A DNA stretch of 64,000 bases from Candidatus Acetothermia bacterium. GTDB lineage: Bacteria > Bipolaricaulota > Bipolaricaulia > RBG-16-55-9 > DRXL01. A program made the position numbers and the translations under genes. The notes below the pieces were generated by a model. It had not been told where the DNA came from and ran no database searches. It saw only the letters and a list, made by a program, of their open reading frames with translations. Numbering within the stretch: position 1 is the stretch's first letter; each line of letters begins with the position of its first letter. Below, one piece after another: positions 1 through 9,126 of the stretch. The stretch is taken from assembly GCA_016179105.1 (NCBI GenBank), contig JACOSB010000120.1:489-64488 (forward strand), read 5' to 3'.

Positions 1-1
1 C

Positions 2-562
2 TCAAATCGCCCATGGACTGAGTTCTTGTATGGACTGGCTCTGATTCTCTTCTTGCCCGCTGAGCTATGCTTTGTACGATGGGATCAAGAAAAACCCTGT
101 CAGGCCGCAGCTCTTGCGTTGCTCCCCTCAGCAGAGGCTCGCACCTTGCGAAGTTCACTCGCCCGCGCCCTGGCGCAATCCTGGTTGGGGTGGGCAGTGG
201 CTGGCCTCTTCTATGTGGCCTTCGATTTCTATTATCAGTTCGAACAAGCCGTCACGGGCTCATCTGGTTCCCCACAGGCGATCGTTACCGTCATCCTCTT
301 GGCGCTGCTGACATCAATTACGCACCTGCGACAGTCTTTAAAACAGATCGAGGAGTTCCGAAACAAGCCGGAGCGATGGCAGGCTTATTTGCAAAAAATG
401 CGACAAGTGGCTGCAGCGGCAGACGCACTCAGCAGACAAAGATTTGGACTTTTAGCATTGAAGCTGTTGGCAACAATCGTGTTGAGCTGGATGTTGGCGC
501 CTGTGTTAGGACGATTGCTCATCCCCCTACTAAAGACAGGAGTGGAGCCGCTGCTGCATTGA
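2..562 (+). CDS. Hypothetical membrane protein, probably 5'-truncated by the window edge
   Basis: Frame is open from position 2; several hydrophobic segments; no recognisable motif. Confidence 0.5.
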   Translation, partial: SNRPWTEFLYGLALILFLPAELCFVRWDQEKPCQAAALALLPSAEARTLRSSLARALAQSWLGWAVAGLFYVAFDFYYQFEQAVTGSSGSPQAIVTVILLALLTSITHLRQSLKQIEEFRNKPERWQAYLQKMRQVAAAADALSRQRFGLLALKLLATIVLSWMLAPVLGRLLIPLLKTGVEPLLH

Positions 563-719
563 GTCGCTGGAGCTGCAGCACAGAGCACTATTCAAAGCGA
601 GAAGGCAATGCCAATCAGTACAACCAGAATAGACCTTAGAGGGCCATGACTTCGTTTGCCAAAGGGAGTATACTCAGACAAACAAAGCACTAAGAATTGC
701 GTGAACGAGAAGTTGGTCT

Positions 720-3700
720 ATGATCATTCTTCATGCGGGAACCTATGAGCGCCGAGTCTTTCTCTGGGGTGAGGCGCCCGCGACCTCAGTAGTTGTTCTT
801 CCCAAGCAGCACAAGCAAAAGCCGAAGGTTTCTCGCTGGCCCTATGATGCCGGAATCGACGGGTTATTGGCAGCGCTCAAAGAAGCAGAAAGTCTTCTTA
901 CAGTGGTCGACAAGAAAAACACTGAAGATGTGATCGCCCGGCTCCCCACCCTGAAGGGCAACCCCATTGCATCCAGCCCGCTCATCGCCGAGCCGCCACA
1001 GTCTGACGCGAAACCTACGCTTGCACCTTGGCTTGTGACGGCTCTAACTCTATCTCCCGTAGAAGTCGTTGATTTTCTCTGCGCCTGCATGGGCCAGCAC
1101 ACGATCGCGCCGGGAGTCATCGTCGGGACAGACATAGCCTTCTGGGCTACTACCCTTCGCTTCGCCGGAGCGTTGGCGGCGCGACAGCAACTGCTTCCCA
1201 GTATGACTCAAGAAAATAATTCCTACTATGCTCGCTGGGAGCCAGTCTTTGCCGGACCCGATGCCGACCGGCTCGCCAAGCTCGCGCAAGCGATGCCACC
1301 CGTTTGTCGCGCATTAGCTGACTCAAATAGTTCTTCTCCAGAGTCCCCTGCGATCGCTATGCTCTCAGAATTTATCAGCACGATCGTCGACCATCTCGTG
1401 CGCTCTTCGGCGCTACTTTCTCTTACTCAGCCTGGCCTTGAGCGCAAGAAGAAAAAGCGACTCGCTTATCACAGCGTGCACGACCAGTGGCTGCACGCCC
1501 TGCGCTCACCCGATGGCACGATGACGGGCAACGCGACCGATCTGGCTCAATTGTCTGAGCAAATCTGCGAGTGGCAACACCCTATCGCCGTCTCCACAGC
1601 CACTCCCTTCCGGCTCTGCTTCCGGCTGGAAGAGCCCGAGACTGATGGCGACCACGAGAAAATAACCAAACCAAGACGGTCCAGTCGCGATGCCTGGCAG
1701 GTTCGCTATTTGCTGCAAGCGACGGATGATCCGAGCCTGTTGATCCCGGCGAGCGAGACTTGGAAGGCGAAAGGACCCAAAGCCTCGATCCTGCGCCGTG
1801 ACGGGTTCAACTCCCGAGAATACGTGCTCTCGTCGCTCGGAGAAGCCTCAAGGATCTGCCCGCACATCGAGTCCAGTTTGAAGACTTCTGCACCCCACGG
1901 CTATGCGCTCGACGCCAGCGGTGCTCTAGAATTTCTGAGCGAGAAAGCTTCAGCCTTGGAACAAATAGGATTCGGAGTCCTGCTGCCCGCCTGGTGGACG
2001 CGCAAAGGGACGAAGCTACGTTTGACAGCTCAGGCCCAAGTCAAGAGTCCTTCGATGCAAGCAAAGGGTGGCCTCACGCTCAACTCGATTATTGAATTCG
2101 ACTGGCAGATCGCGCTGGGAGACCAGACGCTCTCTTTCGAAGAACTCCAAGCGCTGGCAAAACTCAAGCAGTCGTTGGTCCAGGTGCGCGGCCAGTGGGT
2201 GCAAGTGAGCGCTGAAGAAATCCAAGCAGCTCTGGATTTCTGGGAGCAAAAAGGGAAAGACCGAGCGACCGTGCGCGAAATTGTTCAAATGGCGCTCGGT
2301 GCAGAAAGAACAACTGGTCCTCTCGCGTTCGGGGGCGTCACTGCGACGGGCTGGATCGCAGACTTTCTGGCGCAACTGGACGGGCGCGCGGCTTTCCAAG
2401 AGCTTGTCCCACCCGAGAGATTTCAAGGGACGTTGCGTCCCTATCAAATACGAGGCTACTCGTGGCTGGCTTTTCTGCGGCGCTGGGGGCTGGGAGCCTG
2501 CTTGGCGGACGATATGGGATTGGGAAAGACCGCCGAGACTCTCGCGTTGATCCAGCGAGATTGGGAATCCAATGAGAAGCGCCCGGTGCTCGTGATCTGC
2601 CCTACGTCCGTGGTGGGCAATTGGCAGAAGGAAGCCGCTCGTTTCACTCCAGATTTGCCCGTCATGGTCCACCACGGCATCACTCGTACCAAAGGCAGTA
2701 ACTTCCGCGAGCACGCCGAAAAGCAAGCGCTCATCATCTCCAGCTACGCCCTTCTGTTCAGGGATCTGGATGTGCTCAAGGAAGTTCCCTGGGCCGGTGT
2801 GATTCTCGATGAAGCGCAAAATATCAAGAACCCGGAGACCAAGCAAGCGAAGGCCGCGCAGGCGCTTAAGGCCGACTATCGCCTCGCGCTCACCGGCACG
2901 CCGGTGGAGAACCACATCGGTGATTTGTGGTCGATCATGGAATTTCTCAACCCCGGCTTCCTCGGCGAACGTAGTGCATTCAAGAGAACTTTCTTTGTGC
3001 CCATTCAGGCAGATCGTGACCCTGAAGCTCTCACGCGCTTGAAACGCCTGACAGGGCCATTCATCTTGCGACGGCTTAAGACTGATAAGACGATCATCGC
3101 CGACTTGCCCGAGAAGATGGAGATGAAAACCTTCTGCACGCTGACTAAGGAGCAAGCCTCGCTCTACGCCGCCGTCGTCAAAGACGCCGAAGAAGCGCTC
3201 GACTCGGTAGAAGAAGAAGGGATCCAGCGCAAGGGCATCGTCTTGGCGACGCTCTCGAAGCTCAAGCAAGTCTGCAACCATCCGGCGCACTTTTTAGGGG
3301 ACAACTCTCCCATTTCTGGACGCTCCGGAAAACTTTCGAGATTAACCGAGATGCTGGAAGAAGTTTTAGAAATTGGAGACCGCGCGCTGATTTTCTCGCA
3401 ATTTACCGAGATGGGCAAGATTCTTCAGAGACACTTGCAGACGACGTTCGGACGAGAAGCGCTCTTTCTGCATGGGGCAGTTCCCAAGAAGCAGCGCGAC
3501 CGGATGGTCGAGCGTTTTCAGTCCGACAGCGAGGGACCGCCAATCTTTATCTTGTCTCTCAAAGCCGGCGGCACTGGGTTAAACTTAACGCGCGCTACTC
3601 ATGTCTTTCACTTTGACCGCTGGTGGAACCCGGCGGTGGAGAATCAAGCAACCGATCGTGCGTTTCGCATCGGCCAAACCAAGAACGTCCAAGTTCATAA

Positions 3701-3866
3701 ATTTTTGTGCATGGGAACTTTGGAAGAGAAGATCGACGCGCTGATTGAGCGCAAGCAGGAGCTTGCCGCGGGAGTCGTCGGAACGGGCGAGGGCTGGTTG
3801 ACCGAGCTGTCTACAGCCGAGCTCAAAGAACTCTTCACCCTGAGAAGAGAAGCCATAGAGGAGTGA
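720..3866 (+). CDS. SNF2/SWI2-family helicase (YwqA/DUF3670-type)
   Basis: LRPYQ, LADDMGLGKT (motif I), ILDEAQNIKN (II), LTGTPVEN (III), LSLKAGGTGLNLT, WWNPAVENQATDRAFRIGQ (VI). Confidence 0.95.
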   Translation: MIILHAGTYERRVFLWGEAPATSVVVLPKQHKQKPKVSRWPYDAGIDGLLAALKEAESLLTVVDKKNTEDVIARLPTLKGNPIASSPLIAEPPQSDAKPTLAPWLVTALTLSPVEVVDFLCACMGQHTIAPGVIVGTDIAFWATTLRFAGALAARQQLLPSMTQENNSYYARWEPVFAGPDADRLAKLAQAMPPVCRALADSNSSSPESPAIAMLSEFISTIVDHLVRSSALLSLTQPGLERKKKKRLAYHSVHDQWLHALRSPDGTMTGNATDLAQLSEQICEWQHPIAVSTATPFRLCFRLEEPETDGDHEKITKPRRSSRDAWQVRYLLQATDDPSLLIPASETWKAKGPKASILRRDGFNSREYVLSSLGEASRICPHIESSLKTSAPHGYALDASGALEFLSEKASALEQIGFGVLLPAWWTRKGTKLRLTAQAQVKSPSMQAKGGLTLNSIIEFDWQIALGDQTLSFEELQALAKLKQSLVQVRGQWVQVSAEEIQAALDFWEQKGKDRATVREIVQMALGAERTTGPLAFGGVTATGWIADFLAQLDGRAAFQELVPPERFQGTLRPYQIRGYSWLAFLRRWGLGACLADDMGLGKTAETLALIQRDWESNEKRPVLVICPTSVVGNWQKEAARFTPDLPVMVHHGITRTKGSNFREHAEKQALIISSYALLFRDLDVLKEVPWAGVILDEAQNIKNPETKQAKAAQALKADYRLALTGTPVENHIGDLWSIMEFLNPGFLGERSAFKRTFFVPIQADRDPEALTRLKRLTGPFILRRLKTDKTIIADLPEKMEMKTFCTLTKEQASLYAAVVKDAEEALDSVEEEGIQRKGIVLATLSKLKQVCNHPAHFLGDNSPISGRSGKLSRLTEMLEEVLEIGDRALIFSQFTEMGKILQRHLQTTFGREALFLHGAVPKKQRDRMVERFQSDSEGPPIFILSLKAGGTGLNLTRATHVFHFDRWWNPAVENQATDRAFRIGQTKNVQVHKFLCMGTLEEKIDALIERKQELAAGVVGTGEGWLTELSTAELKELFTLRREAIEE

Positions 3867-3875
3867 GATATTTTT

Positions 3876-4745
3876 ATGGGATGGTATGATTATTTCCCGC
3901 CCTCGCGTCCGCGTGAAGCCAAGGGCGGAATCAAAGCACAGTCCAAACGCGGTGCTTTCGCAGAGAGCTGGTGGGCCAAACGATGGATTGCTGTATTAGA
4001 GAGCTTTAACATCGGCGCACGGTTGGACCGAGGCCGATCCTACGCTCGCAAGGGCCAAGTGCTCTCCATCGCGATCGATAAGGGCCAGATCACAGCCCAA
4101 GTGCAGGGCTCTCGTCCTGATCCCTATGATGTGACAATCAAAATCAAAGTCTTGTCGGCTGCGGACTGGAAGAAGCTGGCCAAGCGATTATCTCAACAAG
4201 CCCTTTTTGCGGCAAAGCTATTGTCCGGTGAGATGCCGCAAGATATCGAAAAAGAATTCACAGACCTCGGGCTATCGCTCTTCCCCGCACGACTCGAAGA
4301 CTTGGAGACAGACTGCTCTTGCCCGGATTGGTCCAACCCCTGCAAGCACATCGCCGCGGTCTACTATTTGTTGGGAGAAGAGTTCAATCGCGACCCGTTC
4401 TTGATCTTCAAGCTGCGCGGCATGGACAGAACAGAGTGGGTCAAACTTTTTGGTGCTGCTGGTGCACAAGCCGCGAAGACGAGAGATCAGTCGCTTCCGA
4501 CGCAGGCGGGTACTGAAAAGTCTCTGCCGCCGGAGCCCCTGGCAGTAGAGGGCTTCTGGGAGATCGGCAAATTACCTGATGATTTATTGGGCGAAGTCCG
4601 GGTTCCACCCTTGTCTGCGGCTTTGCCCAAGCGACTAGGAAACTTCCCGTTTTGGCGGGGCGAAGAGCGATTCCTGGAAGCCCTGGAACCACTGTACGCA
4701 GAAACGTCCTCGCTTGGCTTGGAGATATTTCTTTCGTGGCGATGA
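3876..4745 (+). CDS. SWIM zinc-finger protein (YwqB-like partner of SNF2)
   Basis: CSCPDWSNPCKHIAA SWIM motif; RLDRGRSYARKG; lies 9 nt downstream of the SNF2 gene. Confidence 0.92.
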   Translation: MGWYDYFPPSRPREAKGGIKAQSKRGAFAESWWAKRWIAVLESFNIGARLDRGRSYARKGQVLSIAIDKGQITAQVQGSRPDPYDVTIKIKVLSAADWKKLAKRLSQQALFAAKLLSGEMPQDIEKEFTDLGLSLFPARLEDLETDCSCPDWSNPCKHIAAVYYLLGEEFNRDPFLIFKLRGMDRTEWVKLFGAAGAQAAKTRDQSLPTQAGTEKSLPPEPLAVEGFWEIGKLPDDLLGEVRVPPLSAALPKRLGNFPFWRGEERFLEALEPLYAETSSLGLEIFLSWR

Positions 4746-4889
4746 AGCCATCTTAAATTTTTACACTAGGCTGCCAGAAGTGGGGATGAAACGCTTCGTA
4801 GAAAGCAAGCCGGTTATCCCATAAGCAACAGTTCAGATCAAGCCGGGACGAACTCTATTTTGAGCTTGGCATTCAAGACCTGAGCAATG

Positions 4890-4968
4890 TTGCAATCTCT
4901 CTTCTCATCTGATATGCTCTCTACCAATAATATTAGCCTTGAGAAATATATTTTGCCAAAGCCATAAA
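4890..4968 (+). promoter_or_regulatory. Sigma70 promoter of mntH with possible MntR operator(s)
   Basis: TTGCAA (4890-4895), 17 nt, then TATGCT (4913-4918) with an extended-10 TG. The downstream AT-rich ATTAGCCTTGAGAAAT/TTTTGCCAAAGCC resembles Bacillus-type MntR boxes (operator call weak). Confidence 0.55.
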
Positions 4969-4978
4969 ACGAGCCCAA

Positions 4979-6268
4979 GTGAAAGAAGGACATGTTGTGG
5001 GAAAGCCTATTACTGATCGCACCCAAGACACCATAAACGTCAAAACAAATGCACGCTTTGGCGTTCGCCATTTTTTACCCTATGTCGGACCTGCCTTCGT
5101 CGCGAGCGTCGCCTACATGGACCCCGGTAACTTCGCCACCAATCTCCCCGCCGGCGCTCAGTTCAGCTACAATCTGCTATGGGTCTTGCTCTGGAGCAAC
5201 CTGATGGCCATCTTGCTCCAGAGTCTTTCGGCCAAACTCGGCATCGCTACGGGAAGAACGCTCCCGGAGAATTGTCGCGCATATTTCTCAAAACCCGTGA
5301 ATTTGAGCTTGTGGGTCATGGCCGAGATCGCCGCGATGGCCACCGATTTGGCTGAATTTTTGGGCGCAGCGCTAGGCTTTCAGTTGCTCTTTCATTGGCC
5401 CTTATTCCCGTCGGCTCTTGCCACCGGGGTGATCGTCTTCGCGATTCTCTCGATCGAAAAGCTGGGCTTTCGCCAGTTAGAGTACGTGATTATGGCTTTC
5501 GTCGGAGCGATCGGCGTCGGGTACGCCATCGAGGTTTTTCTCGCTCAGCCCGACTGGGGTCAGATCGCCTATCATATCGCCATCCCTCAACTCAACGGGC
5601 AAAGCGCTTATTTAGCCGTGGGTATGCTCGGCGCGACCGTTATGCCTCACGTCATCTATTTGCACTCCGCGCTCGTCCTGCCGCGGGCCAACGGAAGCGA
5701 TCGAGCCCAGCGCCGGCGCCACTTTCGCTTCGAATTCTTTGATGTGTTGATCGCGATGAACGTCGCTTGGCTGATCAACTCAGCGATGATCATCATGGCC
5801 GCGGCTGTCTTCTTCCGCAACGGAGTCGCCATTGATTCTCTTGAACAAGCCTATCAGACGCTGACACCATTGCTTGGTTCGTTGGCGGCCGTCGCGTTCG
5901 GGATCGCTCTCCTATGCTCTGGGATCTCTTCATCGACGGTAGGCACGCTGGCGGGTCAAGTGATCATCCAAGGGTTCCTCAACATCCGCTTCAGCATCTT
6001 CTTGAGACGTCTCATCACGATGATCCCTGCACTCGTCGTGATCGCACTGGGAGTTGACCCATTGCAAATTTTGATCCTGAGCCAAGTGGCACTCAGCTTC
6101 GCGCTACCCGGCGCGATTATCCCTCTTATCTTACTCACACGAAACAAATCTGTGATGAGCGAGCACGTGAATCGCCCCTGGACGACGGTATTGGCTTGGG
6201 TTGTCGCGTCCATCATCCTTGCACTCAACGGGTTTTTACTCTTCAGGGTCTTCCAAGGCGGCCAATAA
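4979..6268 (+). CDS. mntH: NRAMP Mn2+/Fe2+ transporter
   Basis: AYMDPGNFATN and GATVMPH NRAMP signatures; about 11 TM segments. Confidence 0.95.
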   Translation: MKEGHVVGKPITDRTQDTINVKTNARFGVRHFLPYVGPAFVASVAYMDPGNFATNLPAGAQFSYNLLWVLLWSNLMAILLQSLSAKLGIATGRTLPENCRAYFSKPVNLSLWVMAEIAAMATDLAEFLGAALGFQLLFHWPLFPSALATGVIVFAILSIEKLGFRQLEYVIMAFVGAIGVGYAIEVFLAQPDWGQIAYHIAIPQLNGQSAYLAVGMLGATVMPHVIYLHSALVLPRANGSDRAQRRRHFRFEFFDVLIAMNVAWLINSAMIIMAAAVFFRNGVAIDSLEQAYQTLTPLLGSLAAVAFGIALLCSGISSSTVGTLAGQVIIQGFLNIRFSIFLRRLITMIPALVVIALGVDPLQILILSQVALSFALPGAIIPLILLTRNKSVMSEHVNRPWTTVLAWVVASIILALNGFLLFRVFQGGQ

Positions 6269-6337
6269 CTCAGCGATTGATTGTTCGGGACGATCGCCAC
6301 CGGCTATAATACAACCATATCTTCCGGGGGATAGAGA

Positions 6338-6763
6338 ATGCCGACTCCGAGCGTCGAAGATTATTTAGAGCGCATCTACGAACTCATCCAAGAGAAGGGC
6401 TATGCGCGCGTGATCGACATCGCCTCTTCTCTGGGAATTCAGTCTTCGTCCGTCACCAAGATGATCCAAAAACTCAGCGAGCAAGAATTTCTCGTCTACG
6501 AAAAATATCGCGGTCTCACACTCACACCCAAGGGCGAATCGATCGCTCAGAGTGTAAAGAGCCGCCATCGTAAATTAGAAGAATTCTTGCGCATTCTGGG
6601 CGTCGCCGAAGGAATTATTCAAAAAGACATCGAAGGGCTGGAGCACTATCTCAGCCCTGAGACGCTCCAGTGCATCCGCGATTTTGTCGAATTCGTGCAG
6701 GCCCATCCCGACTGGCAGACTCGTTTCAAAAAATATCGCCAGACCGAGAAAAACTCTCGCTGA
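6338..6763 (+). CDS. mntR: DtxR/MntR-family metal-dependent repressor
   Basis: TPSVEDYLERIY...ARVIDIA...SVTKMIQKL...LTPKG...IEGLEH; adjacent to mntH. Confidence 0.92.
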   Translation: MPTPSVEDYLERIYELIQEKGYARVIDIASSLGIQSSSVTKMIQKLSEQEFLVYEKYRGLTLTPKGESIAQSVKSRHRKLEEFLRILGVAEGIIQKDIEGLEHYLSPETLQCIRDFVEFVQAHPDWQTRFKKYRQTEKNSR

Positions 6764-6813
6764 AAGACCATCGGCTGAAAGGCAAAATGGTTTTCTCGAA
6801 GGAGGCACCGGTT

Positions 6814-8025
6814 CTAGCGCCGCGCGTTGTGGCCTCTGCGGGATCGCGAGAACGTTCGCTCTTGTCCTCGGGGGAACGAGGGACGCGCAGAGCGCGGCGG
6901 CGCCGCCGCGCGATAATCGAAGTCGGGAACGGTCACCCGCGGCAACGCTTTTTTGAGCGATCGCTCGATCGCGCGAATGATCTCTTCTTCTTCGGGAGAG
7001 ACGAGCGTGAATGCGTCACCGACGGCTTGGGCGCGGGCCGTTCGACCGATGCGATGGACGTAGTCCTCGGGAGTCGCCGGGGTGTCATAGTTAATCACGT
7101 GAGAAATCCCTTCGATGTCTAAGCCGCGCGCGGCAATATCGGTAGCGACTAGAATTTTATAACGCCCGGTGCGAAAGCCGTGCAGCGACTGAGATCGTTG
7201 GCTTTGGGAGCGATCGCCGTGGATGTGCGCCGCCGAATGCCCGCGCTCGTGCAAGATGCGAGAGACTTTGTCCGCTCCGTTTTTAGTACGTGTGAAGATG
7301 AGCACCGATGTGGTCGCCGTCGTCTGCAAAATTTTTAGCAGAAGTTTCATTTTGAGGTGGCGCGGGACCGGATAGAGAAACTGGGTAACGCCCTCGGCGG
7401 GAGTCGTCCGCCGGCCGATTTCGACGAGCGCCGGATTCACCAAAATCTGGCGCGCGAGCTGCTCGATTTCGATCGGCACCGTGGCGGAGAAAAGCAGCGT
7501 CTGGCGCTTGCGGGGCAACGCAGAAATGATCCGCTTGATGTCGGGCAAGAACCCCATATCGAGCATGCGATCCGCCTCGTCTAACACTAAAATCTGGAGC
7601 TGAGAAAACTGTACGTTGCGACGGTTCATGTGATCGAGCAAGCGCCCCGGCGTGGCGACGATAATATCGACCCCGCGACGCAGCGCCCCGATCTGCGGTC
7701 CCATTGAGACGCCGCCATAGATCGCGGCGTAGTGCATCTGCATAAATCGCGCATAATCACGCACGCTCGTCTCCACTTGGGCGGCCAGCTCGCGGGTCGG
7801 CGTGAGCACCAGACAGCGCAAGCCTCTTCCATTCTTAAGCTTTTCTAAAATGGGAAGAACGAACGCGGCCGTTTTGCCCGTGCCCGTCTGAGCAATCCCA
7901 ATGAGATCACGACCGGACAGAATGACGGGAATCGCTTGCGCTTGGATGGGTGTCGGCTCGTTGTAGCCGACGGCGCGCACGCCCCGTACGATATTTTGAG
8001 AAAGTCCTAGGTTCGAAAAATGCAT
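6814..8025 (-). CDS. DEAD-box RNA helicase (RhlE-like)
   Basis: Q motif PTPIQ, AQTGTGKT, PTRELA, TPGRL, DEAD, SAT, ARGLD, HRIGRTAR; Arg-rich C-terminal tail. Confidence 0.95.
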   Translation of the reverse strand: MHFSNLGLSQNIVRGVRAVGYNEPTPIQAQAIPVILSGRDLIGIAQTGTGKTAAFVLPILEKLKNGRGLRCLVLTPTRELAAQVETSVRDYARFMQMHYAAIYGGVSMGPQIGALRRGVDIIVATPGRLLDHMNRRNVQFSQLQILVLDEADRMLDMGFLPDIKRIISALPRKRQTLLFSATVPIEIEQLARQILVNPALVEIGRRTTPAEGVTQFLYPVPRHLKMKLLLKILQTTATTSVLIFTRTKNGADKVSRILHERGHSAAHIHGDRSQSQRSQSLHGFRTGRYKILVATDIAARGLDIEGISHVINYDTPATPEDYVHRIGRTARAQAVGDAFTLVSPEEEEIIRAIERSLKKALPRVTVPDFDYRAAAPPRSARPSFPRGQERTFSRSRRGHNARR

Positions 8026-8060
8026 TCGTGGATTAGCTTCGCTTTAGCATAGCGTAGCGC

Positions 8061-8279
8061 TCAATGCCGGAAGACGATGCGGCCCTGATGCAGATCATAC
8101 GCCGAGACTTCGACGGTGACGCGATCACCTACCAGAATACGAATATGGTTACGCCGCATCCGCCCGGAGCAATAGCAGAGCATCTCCCGGCCGTCGCCGA
8201 GCGCCACTTTGTAGATCGTATGGCTGGGAGCCGCGATGACTTTGCCTTCACAGGTTATTAAATTATCTTCTTTAGCCAT
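8061..8279 (-). CDS. infA: Translation initiation factor IF-1 (72 aa)
   Basis: MAKEDNLITCEGKV...SGRMRRNHIRILVGDRVTVEVSAYDLHQGRIVFR. The true start is ATG 8279 after AAGGGTGAT; the ORF-track extension to 8534 is spurious. Confidence 0.92.
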   Translation of the reverse strand: MAKEDNLITCEGKVIAAPSHTIYKVALGDGREMLCYCSGRMRRNHIRILVGDRVTVEVSAYDLHQGRIVFRH

Positions 8280-8482
8280 GGTCGTATCACCCTTTGTGAA
8301 TAATTTGGGACCCTGCCGACGTATGAGACTGCTCAACAACGGGCAAGCTAGGTGCGCAGCGACCTTGGCGCGCCCAGTACCATAGAGGTCGGGAATCTTC
8401 ATCCAGTATAACAGAAAAAGTGGATGAGGGCGATAGCTCCAAAAGATATTGGGTGGGTCGGTCCTGGTGATCGCCCTTTTCT

Positions 8483-8509
8483 GCAGGGCGAATACAAGAT
8501 TCGCCCTAC
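8483..8509. repeat. GTAG-type REP-like palindrome
   Basis: GCAGGGCGAAT-ACAAG-ATTCGCCCTAC. Confidence 0.7.
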
Positions 8510-8575
8510 GCAATTTTCTCAACAATTCTCCCAATTATAGACTTTCTCGTCCCCCATCGGTTATAATGATAGCCT

Positions 8576-9058
8576 ATGTTCAAGACCGCGCGTTTTTACA
8601 GCCCGAGCATGGGCAAATTGAGCTTCGATCAGGTTCTCGACGAGATCGTCTCCATCATGGAAGAGGATCCCAAGACGTCCTACGAGATCGTCGTCGGCAG
8701 CGATTCGCATTCGACTCCCGGCGAGATGGATTTTGTCAGTGCGATCATCGTCCATAAAGTCGGCAAGGGCGGGCGCTACTTCTGGCGAAGAATCCGCGAG
8801 CGCAATATCTACACGCTGCGCCAAAAAATCTACCGAGAAGCCCTGCTCTCGTTCGAGCTTGCCAAAGACTTGATGGAAGAGCTCGAACAGCGTACCCTGC
8901 TCGATTATAACTTAGAAATTCACGTGGACGTCGGTCGCAACGGAAAGACCCGCGAGATGATCGACGAGGTCGTGGGCATGATCGTGGCGAACGGCTTTCA
9001 AGTGAAGACCAAGCCCGACTCCTACGCCGCGTCGTGCGTCGCCGACAAGCACGCATAA
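8576..9058 (+). CDS. RNase H-like YkuK family protein
   Basis: IVVGSDS, SAIIVH..GKGG, LRQKIY.EA..S, LEIHVDVG.NGKT, KP.SYAAS.VAD. Confidence 0.85.
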   Translation: MFKTARFYSPSMGKLSFDQVLDEIVSIMEEDPKTSYEIVVGSDSHSTPGEMDFVSAIIVHKVGKGGRYFWRRIRERNIYTLRQKIYREALLSFELAKDLMEELEQRTLLDYNLEIHVDVGRNGKTREMIDEVVGMIVANGFQVKTKPDSYAASCVADKHA

Positions 9059-9126
9059 AGCTCGTTTGGAGAAGCAGACCTCCGTCCGTGGCTATCCTTG
9101 GATTTTGTCCAACCGCGGGATTTTCT

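Noticed and set aside
2016-3290. Long antisense ORFs (424 aa here; also 25783..26463, 61418..62233, 51290..51934, 17126..17875)
   Set aside because: Shadow frames of clearly identified genes, with no motifs of their own.
4746-4978. yybP-ykoY Mn riboswitch upstream of mntH
   Set aside because: Hallmark motifs not found; the promoter lies only ~60 nt from the start codon.
4838-5071. 77-aa minus-strand ORF
   Set aside because: Overlaps the mntH start and promoter. Only its last residues (IAQVLNAKLKIEFVPA) hint at an XRE-HTH remnant, too short to call.
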